DNA of 64,000 nt, from NCBI GenBank assembly GCA_003135135.1, contig PLDK01000017.1, positions 13,715 to 77,714 on the forward strand. The letters run 5' to 3'. The DNA is from Deltaproteobacteria bacterium. GTDB lineage: Bacteria; Desulfobacterota; Binatia; Binatales; Binataceae. Shown piece by piece: positions 1 through 9,121 of this stretch; within the stretch, counting starts at the first letter, position 1; every line of letters begins with the position of its first letter. The notes under the pieces are model-generated. The model saw only the letters and a program-made list of their open reading frames with translations, was not told the DNA's origin and made no database searches. The position numbers and the translations under genes are program-made.

Positions 1-246
1 GTTACGCTCGGCTCGCCGTATTCGTACGGCCAACGGAGTCCCCGCGAGATCGGAATTTTCGGCGATGACGACCCTGTGGTGCCGGCGCCGATCGAGGCGT
101 TGATGACTCGCGCCGCGTTCGCGCGGATCGTGCGGCTTCCCGAGGTCGGGCATCTCGCACTGATCTTTCATCCCGAGGCGCTGCGGATCATCGGCGCCGA
201 GTTGCGCGCAAATCGCGCGCCAGAGCATAGCGCCGCGGCGCAATAG
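1..246 (+). CDS. C-terminal fragment of an alpha/beta-hydrolase-fold protein (5' partial)
   Basis: Frame-1 open read runs from the window edge to the TAA/TAG at 244-246. Translation ends ...LPEVGHLALIFHPEALRIIGAELRAN, which resembles the catalytic-His tail of alpha/beta hydrolases. Partial, so weak. Confidence 0.4.
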   Translation, partial: VTLGSPYSYGQRSPREIGIFGDDDPVVPAPIEALMTRAAFARIVRLPEVGHLALIFHPEALRIIGAELRANRAPEHSAAAQ

Positions 247-294
247 TGTTCCGATGCCACGATTGCCGCGGAATCTTTTGTTAGACTCCGCGCC

Positions 295-912
295 ATGAGT
301 TCGATCGTTGCTGCCAGTGCAATCGTGCTCGCGGGAGGGCGCAGTTCCCGGATGGGCCGGCCCAAGGCGGCTCTCGATTTCGGTGGTGTCCCGATCCTGA
401 CGAGAATTATCTCCGAACTGAAGCGGCGCTTTGCGGAGGTCGTAGTCGTCGCGGCCCCCGAGTCTGAGGATTCGCTTCAAATGGATCTCCCGGCGATAAA
501 AATAGTGCGCGACGATACCGCGTATCAGGGACCCTTGGATGCGCTCCGGCACGGCCTGGACGCTGTCAGCAACGAAGTCGCGTTCGCTTGTTCATGCGAT
601 CTGCCGCTGCTCGATTCCGATGTCGCGGCGGCGATCGTCGCGATGCTTGGTGACTTCGACGCTGCCATTCCAATCGTCGGTGAAAAGCTGCAACCGCTGC
701 ACGCCGCGTATCGCAAGCGATGCGCCAGCGCGCTCGCGGCGCTTGGCATGCGGGGAGAGTCGCGTCTGATTGCGATCGCCGATGCGGTCAATACGATGCG
801 GATTTCTGAGAGCGATCTTCTCGTTCTCGATCCACAGCTGCATAGTTTCTTAAACCTGAACGCTCCCGACGACTACCAGCGCGCACTCAAGATCGCGGGG
901 CTGGCCAGATAA
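295..912 (+). CDS. mobA: Molybdenum cofactor guanylyltransferase MobA
   Basis: 205 aa. N-terminal LAGGRSSRMGRPKAAL nucleotide-binding motif is typical of MobA; ATG start. Confidence 0.8.
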   Translation: MSSIVAASAIVLAGGRSSRMGRPKAALDFGGVPILTRIISELKRRFAEVVVVAAPESEDSLQMDLPAIKIVRDDTAYQGPLDALRHGLDAVSNEVAFACSCDLPLLDSDVAAAIVAMLGDFDAAIPIVGEKLQPLHAAYRKRCASALAALGMRGESRLIAIADAVNTMRISESDLLVLDPQLHSFLNLNAPDDYQRALKIAGLAR

Positions 913-921
913 ATCCCGTCG

Positions 922-2448
922 CTACGCTTTCTTCTCCCACCTCAGAATCGGGTGGCGCGCGGCCCCGGCCTCGTCCACGCGCGAGACCGGCAAGTTCTGC
1001 GGCGCGTTTTTGACGCGCTCAGGATCGTTCAACGCTTCGTCGTAAATCCGTTCCATCGCATCGACGAAGCTGTCCAGGATTTCCTTGCTCTCGGTCTCGG
1101 TCGGTTCAATCATCAGCGCGCCCGGCACCACCAGCGGGAAATAGATCGTCGGCGGATGGATTCCGAAATCGAGCAGACGCTTGGCAATTTCGAGCGTGCT
1201 CACATCGGCGCGCTTTTCCAGCTCGTGCGAGAGCACGCATTCATGCATCGAGGGCTCGCCGGTCGCGCTCGGAAAGTGCGGTTGAAGCCGCTTGCGCAGG
1301 TAATTCGCAGCGAGGATCGCCAGCCGGCTCGCCATCCCCAAACCGTCGCCGCCGAGCGCGAGGATGTACGCGTAGGCGCGCACGATCATTCCGAAATTGT
1401 TGTGAAACGATCGCATCCGTCCGATCGAATCCGGCCGCTCGGCGTCGAATTCATAGCCCGCGCCGGAATGCTTCAAGCGCGGCATCGGCAGGAACGGCTC
1501 GAGATGCTTTTTCACCGCGACCGGTCCCGCGCCCGGCCCGCCACCACCGTGCGGAGTCGAAAAACTCTTGTGCAAGTTCAGTTGGACGATATCCGCGCCC
1601 ATGTGTCCGGGCTTTGCAACGCCGAGCAGTGCGTTCATGTTCGCGCCGTCGAGGTAGAGCATCGCGCCGCGCTCATGCAATGCCGCCGCGATATCCTGGA
1701 TCTCCGGCTCGAAAATTCCCAGCGTGTTTGGATTCGTCACCATCATCGCGGCCACGTCGTCGCTCACCAGCCGGCGAACCTCGGCCGCTTCCAGGTAGCC
1801 GCGCCGGTTCGATTTCGCGACGATCACTTCGAAGCCCGCCAGCGTGCAGCTGGCCGGATTGGTGCCGTGCGAGGTATCCGGGATGATCACCTTGTGCCGC
1901 ACTTCGCCGCGCTTGCGATGATACGCACGGACCATCAGCAGCCCGGTCAACTCGCCTTGCGCACCGGCCGCGGGATGCAGCGACACCGCGTCCATCCCGG
2001 TGATCTCGGCGAGCGCCGCTTCCATCCGCGCGAGCAGTTCGAGCGCGCCCTGGGCAAGATGCACCGGGGTCGCGGGATGCAGTCCCGCCAGCCCCGGGAG
2101 CGCGGCCAGCTCGTCGTTTACCACGGGGTTGTACTTCATCGTGCACGAACCAAGCGGGTAGAACTGGAGCGCCTGCGCGAAGTTGAGCTGCGACAGACGC
2201 AGGAAATGCCGGAGCACCTGCGGCTCGCTGAGTTCGGGAAAGCCCGGAAGATCCTCGCGGCAAAGCTCGACGCCGATGATTTCAGCGCCGCGCCGCTCGC
2301 CGGCGGCACGCGGCGACAGGTCCGTCGCGCGGCGGCCTTCGGATGAAAGTTCGAAAATAAGCGGCACGCCCGCCACCGGCTCGATCCGGTGGGGCGTCGA
2401 AGAAGTTTCAGAGACCGCGACTGGGCCGATTCTGCCCGCACTTGCCAT
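922..2448 (-). CDS. gcvPB: Glycine dehydrogenase (decarboxylating) subunit 2, GcvPB
   Basis: Strong GcvPB signature (LIFELSSEGRR...YPLGSCTMKYNP...PLHS-like PLP region). The long track ORF 922..2865 is a read-through; I trimmed it to the internal ATG at 2448, whose ATGA overlaps the gcvPA stop. Confidence 0.9.
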   Translation of the reverse strand: MASAGRIGPVAVSETSSTPHRIEPVAGVPLIFELSSEGRRATDLSPRAAGERRGAEIIGVELCREDLPGFPELSEPQVLRHFLRLSQLNFAQALQFYPLGSCTMKYNPVVNDELAALPGLAGLHPATPVHLAQGALELLARMEAALAEITGMDAVSLHPAAGAQGELTGLLMVRAYHRKRGEVRHKVIIPDTSHGTNPASCTLAGFEVIVAKSNRRGYLEAAEVRRLVSDDVAAMMVTNPNTLGIFEPEIQDIAAALHERGAMLYLDGANMNALLGVAKPGHMGADIVQLNLHKSFSTPHGGGGPGAGPVAVKKHLEPFLPMPRLKHSGAGYEFDAERPDSIGRMRSFHNNFGMIVRAYAYILALGGDGLGMASRLAILAANYLRKRLQPHFPSATGEPSMHECVLSHELEKRADVSTLEIAKRLLDFGIHPPTIYFPLVVPGALMIEPTETESKEILDSFVDAMERIYDEALNDPERVKNAPQNLPVSRVDEAGAARHPILRWEKKA

Positions 2449-3797
2449 CACCGCACCTCCGCAATTGCCGCCGCAAGCCGGCTGAACTCGTCGCCGCGAT
2501 TCATTTCGGTGACCGAAACCAGGAGCGCGTCGGAGAGTTCGGAATAATCGTTGCCGAGTGCGACGCCGGCAAGGATTTGCCTGCGCTCCGCCGCTTCCAG
2601 AGCGGCCGAAGGGTTCGCAAGCTTCAATGTGAATTCGTTGAAGAACGGCCCCGAAAAGCGCCGGCGGATGCCCGCAGCCTCCAGCACCGCGGCCGCCTGA
2701 TGCGCCAGCTCGACGTTTCGCTCCGCGAGCTCGCGCAGTCCAGCCCGGCCCATCAGTGAGAGATAGACCGTCGCAGCCAGCGCACACAGAGAATGATTGG
2801 TGCAGATGTTCGAGGTCGCCCGTTCGCGGCGGATATGCTGCTCGCGCGTATTGAGCGTCAGGCAAAACGCGCGGCGACCGTCACGATCGCGAGTCTGTCC
2901 CACCAACCGGCCGGGCATCTGGCGCAGATGGGTCAGCCGCGCGCCCATGAAGCCAACGCCGGGTCCGCCGAATTGAAGCGGCAGCCCGAAACTTTGACCC
3001 TCGCCGACCGCGATATCGACGCCAAGTTCGCCCGGTGCGCGAAGCAGGCCCAGCGCGATGCCCTCGGCAGTGGCGGAAATGGCGAGCCCTCCTGCGCGAT
3101 GCGTCATTTGAGCGAGCGCGCCAAGCGGCTCGATTATGCCGAGCGCGTTGGGATAGCCGGTGACCATGCACAGCAGGCGATCGTTCGCGATACGATCGAG
3201 CGCGGATAAGTCGGTCGCGCCGGTCGCGTCGTCAAACGGAACCTCGACGATGTCGAGTCCATCGAGCGCACTGAGGTAGGTGCGAATGGTCGCGCGATAC
3301 TCCGGCCACAGCGCTCGCGAGAGTGCGACGACCGGGCGCTTGGGCATCAACCGTCGCGCCATCAGAACCGCCTCGGCCGCGGCGGACGCGCCGTCGTACA
3401 TGCTGGCATTGGCGACTTCCATCGCGGTGAGTTGCGTGATCAGCGTCTGGAACTCGAAAATCGCCTGCGTGGTCCCCTGGCTCGCCTCGGCCTGGTACGG
3501 CGTATAGCTGGTCGCGAACTCGGCGCGTGCGATGACGGCGCGCACCGCGGCGGGCACGTAATGGCGGTAGTAACCGGCGCCCAGGAAGCTTAAGAAACCC
3601 GACGCACCCGTGTTGCGAGCCGCCAGCGCTGAAATCTCGCGGACTACATCCGCTTCGCTGAGCCCGCGCTCGAGCTTGATTGTCGCACTCGCGCGCAAGC
3701 TCGCCGGCACATGCGCGATCAGGTCATCAAGATGCCTTGCGCCGATCGTCTCGAGCATCGCCGCGACATCGCTCTCGGTTTGTGGCATGAATCTCAT
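2448..3797 (-). CDS. gcvPA: Glycine dehydrogenase (decarboxylating) subunit 1, GcvPA
   Basis: 449 aa; MRFMPQTESDVAAMLETIG...YTPYQAEASQGTTQAIFEFQT is the canonical GcvPA N-terminus. Confidence 0.9.
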   Translation of the reverse strand: MRFMPQTESDVAAMLETIGARHLDDLIAHVPASLRASATIKLERGLSEADVVREISALAARNTGASGFLSFLGAGYYRHYVPAAVRAVIARAEFATSYTPYQAEASQGTTQAIFEFQTLITQLTAMEVANASMYDGASAAAEAVLMARRLMPKRPVVALSRALWPEYRATIRTYLSALDGLDIVEVPFDDATGATDLSALDRIANDRLLCMVTGYPNALGIIEPLGALAQMTHRAGGLAISATAEGIALGLLRAPGELGVDIAVGEGQSFGLPLQFGGPGVGFMGARLTHLRQMPGRLVGQTRDRDGRRAFCLTLNTREQHIRRERATSNICTNHSLCALAATVYLSLMGRAGLRELAERNVELAHQAAAVLEAAGIRRRFSGPFFNEFTLKLANPSAALEAAERRQILAGVALGNDYSELSDALLVSVTEMNRGDEFSRLAAAIAEVR

Positions 3798-3854
3798 GGA
3801 ATCAACTTGTCCTTCGCCTCCACTTCACCAACAATTCAATCACACGCGCGCAGT

Positions 3855-4973
3855 TTATGCCGCAGGCGGCTCATCGCGCCGATAGAACGGTCGCGGCACG
3901 ATGGTCGCCCGGGTCTTGCGTGCGCGAATTTCAACTTCGAGAGATTCGCCCACGGCGGGCGGATTTTTCGGGCCTGCGGCCGCCAGATATGCCATCGCGA
4001 TCGGCCGTTGAATCGACGGCGCGAACGTCCCGCTCGTCACCACGCCGGCCTCATCGCCGTTTCGAAACACCCGGTAGCCCTGGCGCGCGACCATCCTGCC
4101 GTCGTCGGTCTGGAGCCCGACCAAGGTTTTTTTCAGCCCCTGGTCGCGTTGCGCGGCAAGTGCGGCCGCGCCGATGAACGGACGTCCCAGCTTTACAAAG
4201 GCCGCCAGTCCCGCTTCAAGCGGCGACGAATTGCGATCGAGCTCGTGACCGTACAGCGGCAGCCCGGCTTCGAGCCGCAGTGTGTCACGCGCGCCCAGCC
4301 CGATCGGTTTGGCGCCGACGCCGGCGCCGGCGTCGAGAATCGCTTCGAACAATTGGCGCGCGCCGGAGTTTTCCACGAACAGCTCGAAGCCATCTTCGCC
4401 CGTGTAGCCGGTGCGCGCCGCAATGCAGCTGATTCCCGCGATTAGTCCCACGGCGACGCCGAAACGCGCGACGTTGGCGATTGGAAACTCCGCCAGCGTT
4501 GCCAATATCGCGACGGCCTGCGGTCCCTGAACTGCGACCAGCGCGGTGGCGTCGCTTACGTCTTCGAACTTTGCCCGCCCGCCGTTGAGTTCCGCGATCC
4601 ATTCGCGATCCGCATCGATGTTGGATGCGTTGACGCAGAGCATGTAGCGTTCCGGTCCGAGTCGATACACGATCAGGTCGTCGATCGCCCCTCCGTTCTC
4701 CGCGCACATAATCGTGTACTGCGCGTGGCCCTGCTTGAGCCGCGCCGCGGAATTGGTGAACGCCCGCTCGATTGTCCCCAGGGCGTGCGGTCCGCTGATT
4801 TCAAACTCACCCATATGACTCAGATCGAAAATCCCCGCAGAATTGCGGACCGCAAGATGCTCCTCGATAATCCCGCTGTAACTCACGGGCATCTCGAAAC
4901 CACCGAAAACCGTCATCCGCGCGCCGAGTTTTTGGTGAAGGTCGAACAGAACAGTGCGCTTGGGCGCATTCAT
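3855..4973 (-). CDS. gcvT: Aminomethyltransferase (glycine cleavage T protein)
   Basis: Start trimmed to MNAPKRTVLFDLHQKLGARM (ATG at 4973). GcvT motifs FDLSHMGEFEISGP and folate-binding region present. 372 aa. Confidence 0.9.
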   Translation of the reverse strand: MNAPKRTVLFDLHQKLGARMTVFGGFEMPVSYSGIIEEHLAVRNSAGIFDLSHMGEFEISGPHALGTIERAFTNSAARLKQGHAQYTIMCAENGGAIDDLIVYRLGPERYMLCVNASNIDADREWIAELNGGRAKFEDVSDATALVAVQGPQAVAILATLAEFPIANVARFGVAVGLIAGISCIAARTGYTGEDGFELFVENSGARQLFEAILDAGAGVGAKPIGLGARDTLRLEAGLPLYGHELDRNSSPLEAGLAAFVKLGRPFIGAAALAAQRDQGLKKTLVGLQTDDGRMVARQGYRVFRNGDEAGVVTSGTFAPSIQRPIAMAYLAAAGPKNPPAVGESLEVEIRARKTRATIVPRPFYRRDEPPAA

Positions 4974-5061
4974 CAGCGGGGAAATACTAACAGACACTTT
5001 TGCGCCGAACGAGACAACCCGCGTGATCTGCCAACAACCGCGCGAATCCTGTCCACAGCGA

Positions 5062-5089
5062 CTTGCTCGGCGCGATCCGGTGCTATAAT
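5062..5089 (+). promoter_or_regulatory. Candidate sigma70-type promoter for folD (CTTGCT/TTGCTC -35, 15-16 nt spacer, perfect TATAAT -10 at 5084-5089)
   Basis: TATAAT hexamer lies 13 nt upstream of the folD ATG with a TTGCTC-like element about 16 nt upstream. This is pattern matching only. Confidence 0.3.
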
Positions 5090-5102
5090 CGACTGATACC
5101 CG

Positions 5103-6005
5103 ATGGCTGCAATCATCATGGATGGCCGGGCGCTGAGCGCGCACCTGATGCCGGAGTTGCGCGCCCACGTCGACGAGCTCAAGCGCGAGTTCGGATGCAC
5201 GCCATCGCTGGCGGCGATCCTGGTCGGCGACGATCCCGCCTCACGCCAATACGTAAAGAACAAGCAGCGCGTGGCCGGCGAACTTGGATGCGACAGCCGC
5301 ACGGTGCGGATGCCGTCGGCGGACGCGACCACCGACGCGTTGCTCAGCGTGATCGCGGAACTCAACGCCGATGCGCGCGTCAATGCGATACTGCTCCAGT
5401 TGCCGATCCCCGATTGGGTCGATCGCTTCCGCCTGTTCGACGCGATCGCGCCCGAGAAGGATCTCGACGCCATCGGCGCGTCCAGCGTCGGGGGCTTTTA
5501 TCGCGGTCAGTGGGGACGCTTCATCCCGTGCACTCCGCGCGGCGTGCTCACCTTGCTCGACTACTACCGGGTGCCCACCGAGGGTGCGCGCGCGGTGGTT
5601 ATCGGGCGCAGCGATATCGCCGGCAAGCCGACCGCGCTGATTCTCGGCGGGCGACTGCGCAACGCGACGGTTACCTGGTGCCATCGCCACACGCGCGATC
5701 TCGCCGTGATTTGCCGCGAGGCCGACATCCTCGTTCCGTGCGTCGGCGCCGACACCGGCCGCCCCTATCTGATCACCGCGGATATGGTGAAGCCGGGCGC
5801 CTGCGTGATTGACGTTGGCTTCAGACGTGTCGGTCCCGGCAGGTTCATCGGCGATGTGGATTTCGAAGCCGTGAAGGAAGTCGCGGGATGGATTACGCTC
5901 AATCCGGGCGGCACCGGTCCCATGACCGTGCTTGCGCTGATGCAGAACCTGATCGACGCGGCGCGCTATCAGCTCGGATTGCAACGCGCCACCTACTCCG
6001 TCTGA
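5103..6005 (+). CDS. folD: Bifunctional methylenetetrahydrofolate dehydrogenase/cyclohydrolase FolD
   Basis: 300 aa; LVGDDPASRQYVKNKQRVAGELG and the Rossmann region are typical FolD. It is divergent from the gcv operon, a sensible C1 linkage. Confidence 0.9.
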   Translation: MAAIIMDGRALSAHLMPELRAHVDELKREFGCTPSLAAILVGDDPASRQYVKNKQRVAGELGCDSRTVRMPSADATTDALLSVIAELNADARVNAILLQLPIPDWVDRFRLFDAIAPEKDLDAIGASSVGGFYRGQWGRFIPCTPRGVLTLLDYYRVPTEGARAVVIGRSDIAGKPTALILGGRLRNATVTWCHRHTRDLAVICREADILVPCVGADTGRPYLITADMVKPGACVIDVGFRRVGPGRFIGDVDFEAVKEVAGWITLNPGGTGPMTVLALMQNLIDAARYQLGLQRATYSV

Positions 6006-6042
6006 AACGATTCTGGCTGTGCGCGGGCCGCGTAATCCCCAA

Positions 6043-7509
6043 TTATTTGACCGCAGGTGTGATCCGGTAGAACATGAGATGGTCGCCGCGGAATTTCTCG
6101 ACCACTCTGAAGCGCTTCGGATCGGGAAGTTCGGAGTTTACCACGCTGCTATCCTTCCAACTCACCAGCCATCCACCGCCCGCCGATGACACCCGCTCCT
6201 CAATAGTCAATCGAGCTGTATCAGGGTCATATCCCGGAATAGCTATTCGCGGGTTGGTTCCCTTGAAGTAGTAATTGAATGGAACTGAGTAAAAGCCAAA
6301 TGGAAATCCACCATTGGGGACGTTTGCCGTATTTTCGTTTGAAACGAACCCCGATTCAAAGAAGACCGGTTCCGATGCCCCGCCTGCCGTTACTTGCCCG
6401 GCCAGATCTCGCCACGGCTGCGGCTTGGACTGCGCGAACGGCAGCATGAGCAAGCACGCCACCACGAAGCCTGCCGCCAGAAGATTGCGCCACTTGACGC
6501 TCGCCGCGCTGATGACCGCCGCAATCAGCAACGACGACGCCGCAAGCCCCGGTGAAAGGTAGCGCGGATTGAACATCGGATGCAGGATCACTGATCCGAC
6601 GATGAATGCCAGCGTCGGCAGTCCGATCCACGCCACTAGCACTCGAATCGGTTCGTTGCCGTCTCGTTCCACTGCGCGGCCGAATACCAGCCACGATGTC
6701 ACTCCAGCCGCCACCAGCCCTGCCGCCAGTTTGCCCGCTAGCGGGTAGTTGTAGGGCGGACCCAGGTAGTCCAACGAATGCCCATAGATCAGGTCCTGAC
6801 TCTGTCGAATCGCGACCGGCAGGTAGGGAAGGAACAAGGCAATCGCGAAAACTATCGCCATCCACGCGACCGTATCGCGTCTGCCTCGCGAGAGATCGCG
6901 CAGCAGGATCGCGGCTTCCGCACCGAGAATCAGGAGCCCGGCCATGTGCGTGTAAGGCATCGCAGCGCCCAGAATTCCGCAGCCGATTGCGCCCATGATG
7001 CCGGGCCGGGAGCGCACTCGCAGCAGCGTCAGCAGATGCGCCAGCGCGATCGCGATGAGCATCGGGTACATTCGCGCCGTGTGCGCGAACACCACTGCGA
7101 GCGGGTTGAATGCCCACATCGCGGCTGCCGCCAGCGCCGTGCTCTCGTCGAACATTTCGCAGCCGAGCGCGAACACCAGCGCCAGCGTCGCCAGCGAAAA
7201 GATCACCGACATCGAGCGCAGCGAAATCTCACTCAGCCCGAAAATCCGCGTGTAGTAATGCAGTGCGGCGTAGTAAAAGACCTGCTTGCCGGGATCGTGC
7301 AGCACCGGCGTCGCAACGATCGCGCTGATTCCCGGCTTTGCCGCCGACCATGCGCTAAACGCCTCGCTCGCGCCGAGCGCGTTGGTGCCAAGATGAAACG
7401 AATAGATTAATCCGGCGACGACGAAGATCGCCGCGAAAATTTCAAGCGGCCGGCGCGACGGTCTATCGCCGGATAACGATTCGATTGTTGCAGACCCGGC
7501 TTCACTCAT
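6043..7509 (-). CDS. GT-C fold membrane glycosyltransferase (ArnT/PMT family-like)
   Basis: About 11 predicted TM helices in the N-terminal 370 aa, then a soluble C-terminal domain of about 110 aa. This architecture is typical of GT39/GT83 family enzymes. Start chosen at MSEAGS (ATG at 7509) with a GGGGAAT SD-like element upstream; the track's longer start at 7620 is possible. Confidence 0.5.
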   Translation of the reverse strand: MSEAGSATIESLSGDRPSRRPLEIFAAIFVVAGLIYSFHLGTNALGASEAFSAWSAAKPGISAIVATPVLHDPGKQVFYYAALHYYTRIFGLSEISLRSMSVIFSLATLALVFALGCEMFDESTALAAAAMWAFNPLAVVFAHTARMYPMLIAIALAHLLTLLRVRSRPGIMGAIGCGILGAAMPYTHMAGLLILGAEAAILLRDLSRGRRDTVAWMAIVFAIALFLPYLPVAIRQSQDLIYGHSLDYLGPPYNYPLAGKLAAGLVAAGVTSWLVFGRAVERDGNEPIRVLVAWIGLPTLAFIVGSVILHPMFNPRYLSPGLAASSLLIAAVISAASVKWRNLLAAGFVVACLLMLPFAQSKPQPWRDLAGQVTAGGASEPVFFESGFVSNENTANVPNGGFPFGFYSVPFNYYFKGTNPRIAIPGYDPDTARLTIEERVSSAGGGWLVSWKDSSVVNSELPDPKRFRVVEKFRGDHLMFYRITPAVK

Positions 7510-7649
7510 CGGGATTCCCCTGTCCGCCCCTGCGCGAGATATAGCGGATTTCGCGAGCGCGCACGATCTTCCCTGGTTCGCGCAGGCCAGCCCGCCCCCG
7601 CGCATTCCATTGACTATCACGCCTGGTGCTGACGTAACTGTTCACAATC

Positions 7650-9041
7650 ATGTCCGAGTTTCTCGAGTCGGTTCCCGAAGTCGATGCGCAGCGCGGGGCC
7701 GCGATGACCCTGCCGCCGATCGAGCGGATCCGCTTCGAGGTATGGGCGCTCGCGTGGCCCGTGATTCTTTCGTTTGGACTCGATTCGATTCTCGGCCTCT
7801 CTTCGATGCTGATGGTCGGGCGTCTCGGCGCGAATGCGGTCGGCGCGGTCGGGCTTGCCATGCAAATCCTGGGTGCGGTGCGCGCCGGCATTGCGGCGGT
7901 CGGTACCGGTACTGTCGCGCTGGTGGCGCGTTATATCGGTGCGAACGATCGGGACAACGCCGAGGAAGTGCTGAAGCAGTCCGTCGTCTTCGGCGTACTG
8001 GTTTCGACGATCATCGCGATTCCCGTAATCATTTTCGCCCATCCGCTGATCAAATTGTTCCAGGTCAAGGGCGAGATGGCCGAGATGGGTACGCGTTACC
8101 TGCAGGTCGTGATGCTGTCGGAGCCGTTCCAGGGGATCTTTCTGATGTGCGCGTCAGCGTTGCGCGGCGCAGGTGACACGCGCACGCCGCTGTGGATCGG
8201 CGGTATCATCGACGTGCTCGCAATCTTCCTCAACTACGTGCTCATCTTCGGCAAGCTCGGACTTCCCGCGCTCGGCGTGGACGGCTCGGCCGTGGCGACA
8301 TTGCTCGCGATTGCCTTCGGCGGGATTTTGTTCTTCTACGCGCTCTCGATCGATGGGATGGTGCTCAACTTCCGATGGAAGGGGCTGTGGCCCGACTTCG
8401 GCCTCGGCAGGCGAATCCTCAGTGTCGGCAATCCCGCCGCCATCGAGCAATTGTTGATCCAGTTCGGCTTCGTCGCCTATGTCGGATTCGTTGCGCGGTA
8501 CGGCGCCAAGGAGATCGCCGCATATTTCATCGGCGTACGAATCCTGGCGCTGTCATTCCTGCCCGGCTTCGGATTCTCGGCCGCCTCCGCGACGTTGGTG
8601 GGTCAGGGCCTCGGCGCGCACGACCCGAAGTTCTCGCGCAAGGCCGGATGGGAATCGACCGGGATGGCGATGGTGCTGATGACAGCTATGGGCTTGTTGT
8701 TTATGATCTTTGCCCATCAGATCGCGGCGCTCTTCATCGACGATAAACAGGTCATCGATTACACGGCGCAGTTCATGTACGCACTGGCGGCCGCGCAACC
8801 GCTGATGGCGATCGATTGGACGATCACCGGCGCACTGCGCGGCGCCGGCGATTCGCGGTTTCCCCTTTACGGTTCGCTGGCTGGCTTTTACGGAATGAGG
8901 CTCTTCCTTACGATTCTCATTTGGTACCACGGTGGCAGCATCATCTGGATCTGGTGGTCTCTGCTCGCCGACTACGTCGTTCGCTCGACGGTGAAAGTCT
9001 GGCGCTTCCAGAGCGGCAAGTGGGAAACGATCGAAGTTTGA
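7650..9041 (+). CDS. MATE family multidrug/toxin efflux transporter
   Basis: 463 aa, 12 TM, with the duplicated MATE signature (LGLSSMLMVGRLGANAVGAVGLAMQI... and the second-half repeat). Confidence 0.85.
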   Translation: MSEFLESVPEVDAQRGAAMTLPPIERIRFEVWALAWPVILSFGLDSILGLSSMLMVGRLGANAVGAVGLAMQILGAVRAGIAAVGTGTVALVARYIGANDRDNAEEVLKQSVVFGVLVSTIIAIPVIIFAHPLIKLFQVKGEMAEMGTRYLQVVMLSEPFQGIFLMCASALRGAGDTRTPLWIGGIIDVLAIFLNYVLIFGKLGLPALGVDGSAVATLLAIAFGGILFFYALSIDGMVLNFRWKGLWPDFGLGRRILSVGNPAAIEQLLIQFGFVAYVGFVARYGAKEIAAYFIGVRILALSFLPGFGFSAASATLVGQGLGAHDPKFSRKAGWESTGMAMVLMTAMGLLFMIFAHQIAALFIDDKQVIDYTAQFMYALAAAQPLMAIDWTITGALRGAGDSRFPLYGSLAGFYGMRLFLTILIWYHGGSIIWIWWSLLADYVVRSTVKVWRFQSGKWETIEV

Positions 9042-9121
9042 AGTCTGATTTCGCCCGCGCCTGTTGACGCTCCCATCGCCATCAACTGGACGCGGCGCGC
9101 GCCGCGCGTAATCCTCTTTCC

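Noticed and set aside
922-2865. 647-aa ORF that would fuse the gcvPA C-terminal region with gcvPB
   Set aside because: This is an upstream read-through in another frame. The internal ATG at 2448 gives a canonical 508-aa GcvPB, and its ATGA overlaps the gcvPA stop.
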